From IMG/VR virus record IMGVR_UViG_3300036713_000599: a stretch of 64,000 nt of DNA; one strand, 5' to 3'. This DNA is from a virus (lineage: Duplodnaviria; Caudoviricetes). Below are positions 1 to 9,436 of the stretch, piece after piece; position 1 is the stretch's first letter, and each line of letters begins with the position of its first letter. The translations under genes and the position numbers were made by a program. A model generated the notes under the pieces. That model ran no database searches, was not told the DNA's origin, and saw only the letters and a program-made list of their open reading frames with translations.

Positions 1-1
1 G

Positions 2-460
2 TTCGAGAAGACCATTCGGGGTGAGCTGGTAGAAGGGCCTCCAGTGAATGCGGAGGAAGTCCGCTTTGGTCGCGGATTTAATCCTCAGGATGAGGGCGGT
101 TTCAAGCCACCGTTCAACCCAATGGGTCGTGAACGTGGAGGCGATCTTGATGCTATTGCTCAGCAGGGCAGTTCGGCTCGTCAGGACTTGCAGAAAAGCT
201 TCGAGGAATTTGGGGATAAGCTCAAAGCCGGCTCAAAGCGTACCGAGTTGGAAGGGCGGAAGCGTTCGTTAGAGGAACGTGTTCTCGATCTTCGTGCTGC
301 GGTTAAAGAGAGGGAAGAATTCCTGGACGCGGAGGGCACCCTCGTCACCAGTACCGCTTCGACTCTTGAGGACCTTGAAAGGGCGTTGGCAGATGCTGAG
401 CAGGATCTTCGAGATGTCGCCCAAGAATTGAACGTTCTTAATAAGGAATTTCCGCAATAA
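2..460 (+). CDS. 3' end of a gene truncated by the window edge; C-terminal coiled coil; probably a virion/baseplate-hub-region protein
   Basis: The frame of the 44..460 ORF is open back to nt 2 (FEKTIRGELVEGPPV...). Heptad-like C-terminus (LEERVLDLRAAVKEREE...LERALADAEQDLRDVAQELNVL). Its TAA overlaps the spike ATG (TAATG). Confidence 0.7.
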   Translation, partial: FEKTIRGELVEGPPVNAEEVRFGRGFNPQDEGGFKPPFNPMGRERGGDLDAIAQQGSSARQDLQKSFEEFGDKLKAGSKRTELEGRKRSLEERVLDLRAAVKEREEFLDAEGTLVTSTASTLEDLERALADAEQDLRDVAQELNVLNKEFPQ

Positions 461-2649
461 TGTTCAGTAGCCAGCCTAAGCGGCCCGTCGGAACCATTCC
501 AAGGAAGGACTTCTTCGACCCTACCAAGGTCGAAGGGACTCGTGTTGGTATCATCACTCGTGTTGACGAGATCAACATGAAAGCCGACGTCAAAATCCTA
601 ACAGGCGGTGGGTGGCGCCTAGAGGTGGATATTGGTCAGGCAATGGCCGGGCCTCGCTCCTTTTGGGGTGGTGTGCCTGAAGTCAATTCTATCTGTATTC
701 TTGGTTTTCGTAGTATTCACAAGAACTTGAATGAAGCCGTCATCCTTGGCTTTATCCCGGTGGGGAACCGTAGTGGGTTGCGTTTTGATCCCTTCACGGC
801 GGTGGATCCTGCTGAAGTCGCAGATGGTGACGAGGCTATTTACAGAGAGCTTGTAGGGCCTACTATTCGGTACAAAAGGCTCCTGATGAAGCCTGGCAAT
901 GTCGGTGGCATGTCTTCTGATGGAGCTGAACTGGTTCTGTCGAAAGATGTGGCGATGACCAATCGCGCTGGCGACTTGTTGGAGCTGCGTGATTCGGAGA
1001 GAACACTGGTTGCTCAGGCCATCCATAGAGTGCAGACAGAGAGTGGTGTGCGGCTCGTCTCAGGGCCGGCTCGTCGAAGTGCTTTTTTCCTGCCTCCTGA
1101 TATCCTCAAGGAGGACGGTACTCTGAAAGAAGTCACGGAGGACTATTTCGATTCGGATAATTACTTTGGCCGGGATGAGCTACAGGCAGCAGGTCCAGGT
1201 ACTGAGGGTGAGATCTACAGGTTCGCTGATTCTAGTGGTAACCTCAACTCCCTGTTTAATTCGACAAGGGAGTTTCCCGCTGTCGTCTACTCGAACGGTA
1301 AGCAGGTGCATTACCCTCCTTCCCTGCGACCGGACTTGAGCTTGGAGGATCCGAACAGCCCCGCAGACGCCCTCGTGGAACATCGTATGGAGATGTCCCA
1401 TACTTCCAACCTTACTCACGAAGTGCTTGAGCAGGTGGACGGATTCTCTTCTGATCGACGTCCACCTTACATTGAGCGCGTCTACGGCACTGTCGTGGGA
1501 AATGATATGACCTCGTCCCGAGGTCAGCGACAGTACGGTAAGATTCTAACACCGCGTATTTTCTCCGAATTCACTAAGCATGGGCCGGGTAAATTCCAAT
1601 TAGATGAGATCGATCGAGTTGGGGCGGAAGAGGTGGATACGACGGCGGGAGCCTTCCTTTTTCGGATCCGTCCTCCCCGAGGTCGGGGCGATAACCATTT
1701 CGTCGCAGCGGTGACTAAGGAAGGCAAGGCTATACTCAATGTTCCAGCATCTGGGTCGGAAGCCTACGCTAGCGGCACGAATAAGGTTTCCGTTGAGGCA
1801 AACCTAGCGGGAGCCCTCAAAGCATACATCGGGGCATCTACTCCCGACCGAATCTCCGCCCACCTTACGCTTGCTGGCGGTCTTCATCTGGATATTGGGC
1901 GAGATGCTCAAGGCAATGTGATTACGACCAATTTTCGCGGTGCTGTGAGACAGACATTCACCGGGAACCCCAATGAGGAAGATGCGGCCTTGGCTATTGA
2001 GGTCAAGGGTATCAAAAAGGTTGCCATCTCGGGGGCTGAGCAAAAGAGCATCTCGGGATCCAAGGTCACTTTCGTTAACGGCCTGAACCGATCCGAAGCG
2101 GATAGGACGGAAATCAACTCACATTCGGGCTACACTCTCAACACTGGTGAAATGAATCAGCTGGTGGCTGGGAAGACTCAGCTTAATTACGCTCTTCAGG
2201 TGTTGGAGAACATTGTGGCGGGAGGGAAGCTCTCTACTATCCTTGCAGGAGCTAAGATTACCAACGTGCTCGCAGGGGCGATGACCTACAACGTTGCGGC
2301 AGGAGCCACCTCTTTTCTCAATCCAGCCGGAGCTTTTAGCGTCAATGTGGGATCTGGTGCCATCAATGCTGCGACAGGGGCTGGAGCCGTGGCAGTATCG
2401 ACCGCGGCAGGAGCCATGTCCTTGGCGGCGGGAGCAGGAGCCATGTCCTTGGCATCTGGGCTTGCTCTCAATATTGCCGCTGGTGGCATTGCTAGTACTT
2501 TAGGTGCTGTCATTAACCTGGGAGGAGCTGCCACCCCTGGGGCTCTCGGGGTAGCTCGTGGTGCTCCAGCTTTGCCTCCGAACGCCCCTACTCTGGATCC
2601 TATTACCGGCTCACCTGTTTTAGGTGCTGCGGTGGTGTTGGCGAGTTGA
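460..2649 (+). CDS. Baseplate central spike (T4 gp5 / P2 gpV / VgrG-like), 729 aa
   Basis: N-terminal OB-fold-like pattern (RVGIITRVD...ADVKIL...GGVPEVNSICILGF). C-terminal small-residue beta-strand repeats with ~9-aa period (AGAMSLAAG), as in spike beta-helices. Lies upstream of W/J/I-like genes. Confidence 0.75.
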   Translation: MFSSQPKRPVGTIPRKDFFDPTKVEGTRVGIITRVDEINMKADVKILTGGGWRLEVDIGQAMAGPRSFWGGVPEVNSICILGFRSIHKNLNEAVILGFIPVGNRSGLRFDPFTAVDPAEVADGDEAIYRELVGPTIRYKRLLMKPGNVGGMSSDGAELVLSKDVAMTNRAGDLLELRDSERTLVAQAIHRVQTESGVRLVSGPARRSAFFLPPDILKEDGTLKEVTEDYFDSDNYFGRDELQAAGPGTEGEIYRFADSSGNLNSLFNSTREFPAVVYSNGKQVHYPPSLRPDLSLEDPNSPADALVEHRMEMSHTSNLTHEVLEQVDGFSSDRRPPYIERVYGTVVGNDMTSSRGQRQYGKILTPRIFSEFTKHGPGKFQLDEIDRVGAEEVDTTAGAFLFRIRPPRGRGDNHFVAAVTKEGKAILNVPASGSEAYASGTNKVSVEANLAGALKAYIGASTPDRISAHLTLAGGLHLDIGRDAQGNVITTNFRGAVRQTFTGNPNEEDAALAIEVKGIKKVAISGAEQKSISGSKVTFVNGLNRSEADRTEINSHSGYTLNTGEMNQLVAGKTQLNYALQVLENIVAGGKLSTILAGAKITNVLAGAMTYNVAAGATSFLNPAGAFSVNVGSGAINAATGAGAVAVSTAAGAMSLAAGAGAMSLASGLALNIAAGGIASTLGAVINLGGAATPGALGVARGAPALPPNAPTLDPITGSPVLGAAVVLAS
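2407..2453 (+). repeat. 27-bp-period direct repeat (GCAGGAGCCATGTCCTTGGC x2) within the spike beta-helix
   Basis: Identical 20-mers at 2407-2426 and 2434-2453, encoding AGAMSLA twice. Confidence 0.9.
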
Positions 2650-3221
2650 TGCCTGTCGCTGTCCCAGCGATGACTTCTGTCATTGCACCAAACCTATTAT
2701 CCGTAGGTTTGGTCGGCACAGATACACCTCGACTTGCGTCAGGAGTAGCAAACGGTCTTCAACAGTGGGTGCCCACCGTACAGGTTACAACTTCAGATAC
2801 AGGCTCTCTTGGGGTAGGTACTAATGTTCCACTGCCTTTGCCTATTCCACAACCGGCTTTGTTTGCCTCCCTCATGGGAACTATCCCAGCGGCAGGCCTC
2901 ACAGGGACTATGATGCCTTTGCTTGTGGCTGGTTTGTCCAATGGATTGTCCTTAGCATTTCTTCAAATGCTCATAACAACGACCCATCCAACTATTGGTT
3001 CAGGTGCAGGGGTGGCAAAATTCTTAGCTCCCTCCTGCTCAGGGCCTATGATTGAGGGGTTTTTGGCAGCAGGGCTTGTAGGAGACTCCATGCCCCGCCT
3101 TGCTGGTGCGATCGGTCTCGCCCTCGACTCGACTTTCGCGAGTCTTGCTATTCCGATCGCTATAGTAGGATCGGCCTCCCCTTCCGGCGGAGTCGGAACA
3201 GGATCCGGTAAAATCCTATAA
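2649..3221 (+). CDS. Gly/Ala-rich hydrophobic hypothetical protein, probably spike-associated (190 aa)
   Basis: The ATG at 2649 overlaps the spike TGA (TGATG), so it is preferred to the TTG at 2646. Internal two-fold similarity (LVGTDTPRLASGVANGL / LVGDSMPRLAGAIGLAL). Confidence 0.7.
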   Translation: MPVAVPAMTSVIAPNLLSVGLVGTDTPRLASGVANGLQQWVPTVQVTTSDTGSLGVGTNVPLPLPIPQPALFASLMGTIPAAGLTGTMMPLLVAGLSNGLSLAFLQMLITTTHPTIGSGAGVAKFLAPSCSGPMIEGFLAAGLVGDSMPRLAGAIGLALDSTFASLAIPIAIVGSASPSGGVGTGSGKIL

Positions 3222-3236
3222 GATGAAAATGAAAGC

Positions 3237-3248
3237 TATAATGAGGTG
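3237..3248 (+). promoter_or_regulatory. Perfect -10 hexamer (TATAAT) followed by an SD-like GAGGTG upstream of the GTG start at 3253
   Basis: TATAAT at 3237-3242 and GAGGTG at 3243-3248 in an AT-rich 31-nt gap. No consensus -35 visible. Confidence 0.4.
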
Positions 3249-3252
3249 ATCT

Positions 3253-6200
3253 GTGGGTGGTCTTTCAATCACTGGCTACGTATTGGAGCCTCCCCGAGTC
3301 GGAGCGGCAAACAGTGCGTTCACTTCGACACCGAACGTATACATTTCGAATCAGGCAGCGTTTGACGCAGCCTACCCCTCCAATGAATCGGCCCCGAGAA
3401 CAGAGTACCATGTCTTTGTCTTGGTGGACGGAGACTTTCCCGATTGTACCTTCTGTTGGACCAAGAACGAGATTGTCAATCGCTTTGACTATGACGGGCG
3501 GCAGCAGAGATTTCGTACCCTGCCTGGGTCAGTCTTGGATGAACTTGGGGACCTCGGGCCGGATTCGAACACGAATAGGCTCGTAGTCGCAATTCCTGCT
3601 TCTTCTGACCTTGTTTTGGATCCTGTGAGGGTGTCGGTAGGATCGGGGATTGGGACGGCGTTTACGGTCGTTCTAGTGGCCCTAGACGTCGATTTGAATA
3701 ATCCTGACCCTCCGGTGGGGACTGTACAGATTTCTCAGGAGTCCGGAAGTTTGGGTTGGGCACCCGCAGACCTTGGGACCTTTAATGTTCAGCCGGTGAG
3801 GTTCCAACGTCAGAGCTTTTATACGAGGAGTGAGTCCAGTGGTAGGCTTGGGGCTATTGAGGACACGCTGCTCTTGAACCCTCTTCCTGCCACAGGGCAG
3901 TTCCCCCTTATCCGTATCGGTTTTCAGGAGTATCTCACACCTGTGGAAGTAGCTTCTCTTGGCCTTCCTGCGTCTGGTACCGTCGAATGGGACAGGGGCA
4001 CGGGAGAGCTGAGATTTAGTGCGACCGATGCTGCTACCTATGCAGGCGAATTCGTCTATTACGATGGTTCTGTATTTTCTTTCGGGCAGACAGTGTCGGT
4101 CACGGCCTTGGGTACGGTGGGCTCCCCGGGAAGTCTTTCTCCGGTTCCTCCTGAGGAGAGTGACTTGTTTTTTAGGGTTCCAGGTGTGGTGCAGTTCGCT
4201 GAGACAACGTACGTTGGCTCCTTTAGTGCGACAGGTAAGCGAGGGGTGGTTGAGGTTGATCGAGGGACGGGGGCGGTTCAATTCTCAGCGGCCGACCAAG
4301 CAGCTTACGGTTCTGAGAGTGTTCAGGCTATTGTAGCTGACCTCGACGTGGAAAGAGGCATGACGCTTCGGATGTTCCGCACGCCAGTCGATTTGGCTGC
4401 TACGGATCCGACAACGATCGATGTCACAGCTTTTCACTCGACGGAGGGAGCTTCTTGGGCGGACCCTGTTATTGGAGCACCGTCGGTCAACTTGCCGGCC
4501 ACACCGGTGGAAGGAAGACCCTTGGAGGTTCGCATAGCTCAAGGGACGGGAACCTTTCCTGCGGGAACCTTTCCTGACCTTGACGTCGCTTCGCCTCCTT
4601 CAGGCTATGGTTACGTTTTTGACCTAGACGAAGGTGTCCTGAATTACGCCCGCCGGCAGAATGGGCAGATTGTCTCGGCTTCAAGCGTGGGTAATTTCCG
4701 CCTTCGGGTGTCAGGGCCTTATGGTTCGCTTCAGCTTCCAAATCCTCTCGTCTTCGAGGAGCAGTTCGCACTGGAACTGGAAGATACAGCAGGTGGGGGA
4801 GCTGCCTACCCGTCCACTGTTGGGTGGACGAACTTGGTCCTCGGTGAAACAGCTCTGTTTGACTACACGAGCGGGCTTATCACGTTCGTAAATACTGAGG
4901 GAGTGTTGTACGCTAACGGAGGTGGAGACTTTTCTGGGACCATCTTCACCGACACTGACCAAGATTTTGTGGCAGCTGGAGTCCAGTCGGGGGATCTGCT
5001 CATTGTCACCACAGGGGTGGCTCAAGGTGTGTATACCGTCGACGCTGTAGGGACTACATCTTTGACGGTGGACGTCAGTGGTGGTGTGGAATCCGACCTT
5101 GTGTACGAGGTTCGGAGGGGAAGTGAGATTCTTGCAGACAGGTACTTTGAGAACATTTCGGACGTGGACCCGAATACGGTGGTCGAGCGCTTGATCAATA
5201 TGGGTGTGACGCAAGCGGGCTCTTCCATCGACACTACGTACATCGATAGCTATAGGTTTCGTTTTGGTACTTCGACGTTTTCCACTTCAGTGACAAAAGT
5301 TGCCAATGCAGGGGCTTTTACGCCTCCAGCGTCTTTAGGTGCAGGGGAAGTTGAAATAGCTGAAGATACTGGTGAGGTCAACTTTAGCCAAACGGACATC
5401 GACGCAGGGTTTGATGTTTATTCGGCTAGAGCCCTCACTCTCGGGGTTGATTACGAGATACAGTCGGCCTTGGGGCTCATCAGCTTTACGGATCGGATGC
5501 TCGAAAACGAAGAAGTGTTCGTTACCTACGCCGTGCTAGACGAGGATAACAAGGTCATCGTGGAAGAGAGGGGCCGGTTTATTGTCAGGAAAGAGGTCAC
5601 GCAGGACCATCCTTCAGCGACAGACACGCTTGGCTTCAACCCTCTTGGTAGGGAGATTGCGGACGAACCCTCTCCTGAGGCATTCCGCGGAGGGCGCCCT
5701 CAGAGCAGTTCGCAGGTGACCTTCGACCTTACAGCGTCCACTGTCCGATTCTTGTCAGACAGCCAAGTGACGGACGCCCTGCCTCACGGTAGTAGCGTAC
5801 AGCCTACGGAGAGGGTGTACGTTGATTACTACGTTTACGGTGCCGTTGGTGGGGAGAAAAACTTTACGGTCCTTCGGGCGCCTATGTTTGGGCCGGTGGT
5901 GAATATCGAGGCAGACGAGACTGAGTTCACCGTTATTGGTGACCGGACATCGGACCTCATCTCGAATAGGCTCATGAGGTTAGATGGCACGGAAATTTAC
6001 CTCATTGGAGCTTCGACCTATAATCTCACTAACGACACGACCACAGTCGTTCTGGCGTCACCTCAGGTTTTTCGATCGGACCTTCTCAATCCGTCGGTAG
6101 AGGTCACCTCTGGAGAAGTACGCGTCAACACTGTAGGATTTTTCCCTTCGTACTTCGTCACAGAGATATCCTCCTGGCCGGCTGTTCCGAGAGGGGCCAA

Positions 6201-9200
6201 CCGTATCTACATTCCAGGGGACGTTACGAGAACGTATGTTTCGGGAACCGTTACTTTGTTCACTGATGGTGGAACTGTTCTTGACTTCAATCGGGTGACC
6301 GGCTCCGTCTACGATTCCGATCTAGATCGGACAGAGGTTGTTCTGACTTCCAATGGTATCTCTCAGTACAACAACGGTACCATCACGCTCAAATACTCCA
6401 GTCGGCCTGTCTTGGACGGCACCGCTACCACGGCCACGACATCTAGTAGTCCGGTGTTGAGTGAACCGTTCCTTGTCTACCGGCGGGTAGAGGGGCAGGC
6501 GGGGGAGATCTTGAGCCAACCGGAGGGCTATAGCGTCAATGATAGTGGCCAGGTGATTCTAACTTCTCCGCTTCAGGAGTCGGAAGAGTTCGCCATCTTA
6601 TATACTGGTACGAACCTCATTGATGCAGGGCGAAGGGTGCGGGCGTCTTACACGCACTCGATTGTTCCTACGGACAACAACGGCATCAATGGGCAGATCT
6701 TGAAGGCGGACTACACAACGTATTTGCCGGACACGTTCTACTTCCGGGTGGAAACTTTTACCAATTTCCGAGCTGAGCTGGTTGAACAATATGAGGAGGA
6801 CGTCCAAGCGACTATCCCGACCGCGGGCCCTCGACTTGAAAATATGAGTCAGCTCCGGCTATACGAACAGGGACGCGAGTCGATATTTTTCACTGAAGGA
6901 AGACTTTTTAATGAGGACGAGGTAGCTAGACCGACACTGAAATACTTCAATGACGGGGTTAATTACCTTGAGGACGCCCTGCAACATATGGATGGTCGCG
7001 TCGTTGGTGGTCATGACGGCCGGTTCCTTTTTGACGGGCTCATTGATAACCCGACGAGGGACACGTACTCGGAAGTTACCAACCAGATCGACGACCTTTT
7101 GAAGATTGCTGAGCCCCCTCTCAAGTTCTCGCTTAATCCTTTCTCTTTTACGTGGATCGGGACTTACCAGGAAGCGTATAAGGCAGCAACTTCCAGTCGA
7201 TTCTATCCCACCTATCGCCGTCTCTTCAGCCCAGCCGTGGATGGAGCGGAAACAGGCGACACAATTGCTGAGACGGGTTTTACTAACCTCAGTTCTGTTC
7301 AGAGTGTCTCTCGTAGGCTTCCGTGGTCTATTGTGACTCAGGAAGCTCCTGCTGGTTCGTCAACCCTCGTCGTGGACTCTACTGAAGAGGAAGAAGATCT
7401 ACTTCGGCCAGCGTGGCCTGATCCAGCTACGGTTGACAGTATCTTGGTTATTCAGGGTCGTGATGGTTCGTGGCTCATTCCAGATGGCAGCCCTCCTAAT
7501 ACAGATCCAGCCCGAGATCTTAATTCAAAGACATCAGGTAGTCTGACTATTGCGGGCACCTTACCTTTAGATGTTCCTGTAGGTGCGACAGTTTACCACA
7601 TTCCTAATTATGACTCGACACATTCGCAGGCGCCGTCAAAGCCTTATCTTAGGACGTACCGTGTGGGGTTTGATGTTGGTGTGAATCTTGAGGACGGAGT
7701 TCTCACATACATTAAGCCATACCCTCCTTATGATGGCAGTTTCCCTTCTATTCCAGCGGAGCTGAAAATTCAACCTCCAGCTCAGGGTGAGTTTGTCGAC
7801 ATTGACGCTTATTTGGTCAATACGCTTACGAGTCCGTACCGTTTCCCAGCCCTTGATGGCGGGACTACAGATGATGACGGTAACAGAAGTTTTCCTTTGC
7901 TGACACCAGACCCCGAATCGGAGCTAGGATTGAGCAGGACGGTGAACGGTTCTGCTAGCCCTGACATTGGTGCGCTTCCTCTTCAGACGTCGAACATCAC
8001 TTCTATCCAGTCAATTACCACCGACGCATTGACTGGGACGGGGAGTCTGGATGCGACGAAGACTGTCCTCACGAATCTTGGCGGAGTCTGGGGTGCCCCT
8101 GTTCCTCAGATAGGTGACGTTGTCGCTATTTTGGATGGCCTTAACGGGCTGACCGATTATCACCAGGTCACGGCGGTGGGCGGTGATAATGTTACGGTTA
8201 GTCCGGCTTTTCTCGCACAAGATACGGGATTCAGTTGGGTCATGAGTGCGACCAGTTCTCTCGTGTTTGGGACGGGAACTCTTACGACGGCCACTCAGCT
8301 TGACGACGTTACTGGAGATTTCATCGCCAACGGGGTACAGGTGGGACATACAGTAGTTATCTCGTCCCTCCAGGAGAGGCGGCAGGTTGTGGCGGTCAAT
8401 TCGGCCACCCAGCTTTTTGTAGAGGCGTTTTCGGTGACGGGTGCGGTCACGTACAGGATTGATGATTCTGTTTTGACGTATGGAGGGACGGGAAGCTTCT
8501 TAGAGAAGGTCGTGGAGGAGCTAGACATCCAAGAGGATGCCCTTTTGAGTAATGCCCCTCCTACGAGGCCTTGGGCGCAAGTCGAAGCCTTAGAGAGGTT
8601 CATAGAGCACGTAGCGACTGATGTTTTCGTGTCTTCCAGTGGTCAGACGACAGCGGCATCCCCTTCACTCACTGACATGGCGGCCGACTTTACGGCATCA
8701 GGTGTAGATTCAACTCATTTCGTTTATGTCCGATCGGGACTGAACGCGGGTATTTACAGGATCGATCAGGTCACCAGCTCAACCACGCTTGATGTGGACA
8801 GCACGACGCCTTTTCCCGATACCACTGGAGCTTTGTCTTATCGCATTCTGGATGCCTATGGGGTGACTATTCTAACGCTGTCCGCTGCGGTACAGGCCCT
8901 CCTCAATGCGGACGCTGCTGTGGCGAGTCTTCAGACGTTCCGGACTCTTGTCACTACATCGGTTATAGTGGATGGGGACCCGGGAGCTTTCGCCAGAAGA
9001 ACAGTGTACTCGGACTTGAGCGGTCGATTAGCCGAGATAGCTTCTCGAACAACGGAGTTGACGGACCCGAGTACGGGCGACATTGTGGCTCTTGAGGACG
9101 CAATGTCGACGGGTGACCGTCTCTATGATGTGAGGATGACATGGATCGAGACAAGGACGAATTTGAGAATAGGGGTTCTGCCGAAAAAGGACAGGGCGGT

Positions 9201-9273
9201 GAACAATCGGGAGGAGGCTGCTCAGGAGACCCTGAGTCAGTTGACAAAGCTTCTGACGTTGAGGAATCTGTAG
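3253..9273 (+). CDS. Very large virion structural protein (baseplate region), 2006 aa
   Basis: Uninterrupted ORF with SD-preceded GTG start. Repeated modules (G-x-V-E-x-D-x-x-T-G-x-V-x-F-S; D-F-x-A-x-G-V-x-x-G...G-x-Y-x-V) and a helical C-terminus. Sits between spike and gp25-like genes. Confidence 0.8.
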   Translation: MGGLSITGYVLEPPRVGAANSAFTSTPNVYISNQAAFDAAYPSNESAPRTEYHVFVLVDGDFPDCTFCWTKNEIVNRFDYDGRQQRFRTLPGSVLDELGDLGPDSNTNRLVVAIPASSDLVLDPVRVSVGSGIGTAFTVVLVALDVDLNNPDPPVGTVQISQESGSLGWAPADLGTFNVQPVRFQRQSFYTRSESSGRLGAIEDTLLLNPLPATGQFPLIRIGFQEYLTPVEVASLGLPASGTVEWDRGTGELRFSATDAATYAGEFVYYDGSVFSFGQTVSVTALGTVGSPGSLSPVPPEESDLFFRVPGVVQFAETTYVGSFSATGKRGVVEVDRGTGAVQFSAADQAAYGSESVQAIVADLDVERGMTLRMFRTPVDLAATDPTTIDVTAFHSTEGASWADPVIGAPSVNLPATPVEGRPLEVRIAQGTGTFPAGTFPDLDVASPPSGYGYVFDLDEGVLNYARRQNGQIVSASSVGNFRLRVSGPYGSLQLPNPLVFEEQFALELEDTAGGGAAYPSTVGWTNLVLGETALFDYTSGLITFVNTEGVLYANGGGDFSGTIFTDTDQDFVAAGVQSGDLLIVTTGVAQGVYTVDAVGTTSLTVDVSGGVESDLVYEVRRGSEILADRYFENISDVDPNTVVERLINMGVTQAGSSIDTTYIDSYRFRFGTSTFSTSVTKVANAGAFTPPASLGAGEVEIAEDTGEVNFSQTDIDAGFDVYSARALTLGVDYEIQSALGLISFTDRMLENEEVFVTYAVLDEDNKVIVEERGRFIVRKEVTQDHPSATDTLGFNPLGREIADEPSPEAFRGGRPQSSSQVTFDLTASTVRFLSDSQVTDALPHGSSVQPTERVYVDYYVYGAVGGEKNFTVLRAPMFGPVVNIEADETEFTVIGDRTSDLISNRLMRLDGTEIYLIGASTYNLTNDTTTVVLASPQVFRSDLLNPSVEVTSGEVRVNTVGFFPSYFVTEISSWPAVPRGANRIYIPGDVTRTYVSGTVTLFTDGGTVLDFNRVTGSVYDSDLDRTEVVLTSNGISQYNNGTITLKYSSRPVLDGTATTATTSSSPVLSEPFLVYRRVEGQAGEILSQPEGYSVNDSGQVILTSPLQESEEFAILYTGTNLIDAGRRVRASYTHSIVPTDNNGINGQILKADYTTYLPDTFYFRVETFTNFRAELVEQYEEDVQATIPTAGPRLENMSQLRLYEQGRESIFFTEGRLFNEDEVARPTLKYFNDGVNYLEDALQHMDGRVVGGHDGRFLFDGLIDNPTRDTYSEVTNQIDDLLKIAEPPLKFSLNPFSFTWIGTYQEAYKAATSSRFYPTYRRLFSPAVDGAETGDTIAETGFTNLSSVQSVSRRLPWSIVTQEAPAGSSTLVVDSTEEEEDLLRPAWPDPATVDSILVIQGRDGSWLIPDGSPPNTDPARDLNSKTSGSLTIAGTLPLDVPVGATVYHIPNYDSTHSQAPSKPYLRTYRVGFDVGVNLEDGVLTYIKPYPPYDGSFPSIPAELKIQPPAQGEFVDIDAYLVNTLTSPYRFPALDGGTTDDDGNRSFPLLTPDPESELGLSRTVNGSASPDIGALPLQTSNITSIQSITTDALTGTGSLDATKTVLTNLGGVWGAPVPQIGDVVAILDGLNGLTDYHQVTAVGGDNVTVSPAFLAQDTGFSWVMSATSSLVFGTGTLTTATQLDDVTGDFIANGVQVGHTVVISSLQERRQVVAVNSATQLFVEAFSVTGAVTYRIDDSVLTYGGTGSFLEKVVEELDIQEDALLSNAPPTRPWAQVEALERFIEHVATDVFVSSSGQTTAASPSLTDMAADFTASGVDSTHFVYVRSGLNAGIYRIDQVTSSTTLDVDSTTPFPDTTGALSYRILDAYGVTILTLSAAVQALLNADAAVASLQTFRTLVTTSVIVDGDPGAFARRTVYSDLSGRLAEIASRTTELTDPSTGDIVALEDAMSTGDRLYDVRMTWIETRTNLRIGVLPKKDRAVNNREEAAQETLSQLTKLLTLRNL

Positions 9274-9425
9274 ATGATGGTCGACCTACGCCTGAATGGA
9301 AATTCAGGGAAAAGTTGCCCATCAATGATCGGATGTCCGACGTTATCCAGAAAACTGTTAAGGCGGCGGAGTACCAGCTTGAGAAAGAGCGGCGGAGACT
9401 TCGTAAGCTACAATACGGTTCCTAG
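9141..9425 (+). CDS. Possible small basic/helical protein; start uncertain (9141 or 9333)
   Basis: The open frame fills the 9274-9436 gap and its C-terminal half is protein-like (EWKFREKLP...KAAEYQLEKERRRLRKLQ). The only starts are 9141, overlapping the previous gene by 133 nt, or 9333. Confidence 0.45.
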   Translation: MDRDKDEFENRGSAEKGQGGEQSGGGCSGDPESVDKASDVEESVDDGRPTPEWKFREKLPINDRMSDVIQKTVKAAEYQLEKERRRLRKLQYGS

Positions 9426-9436
9426 GAAGGTGGCAA

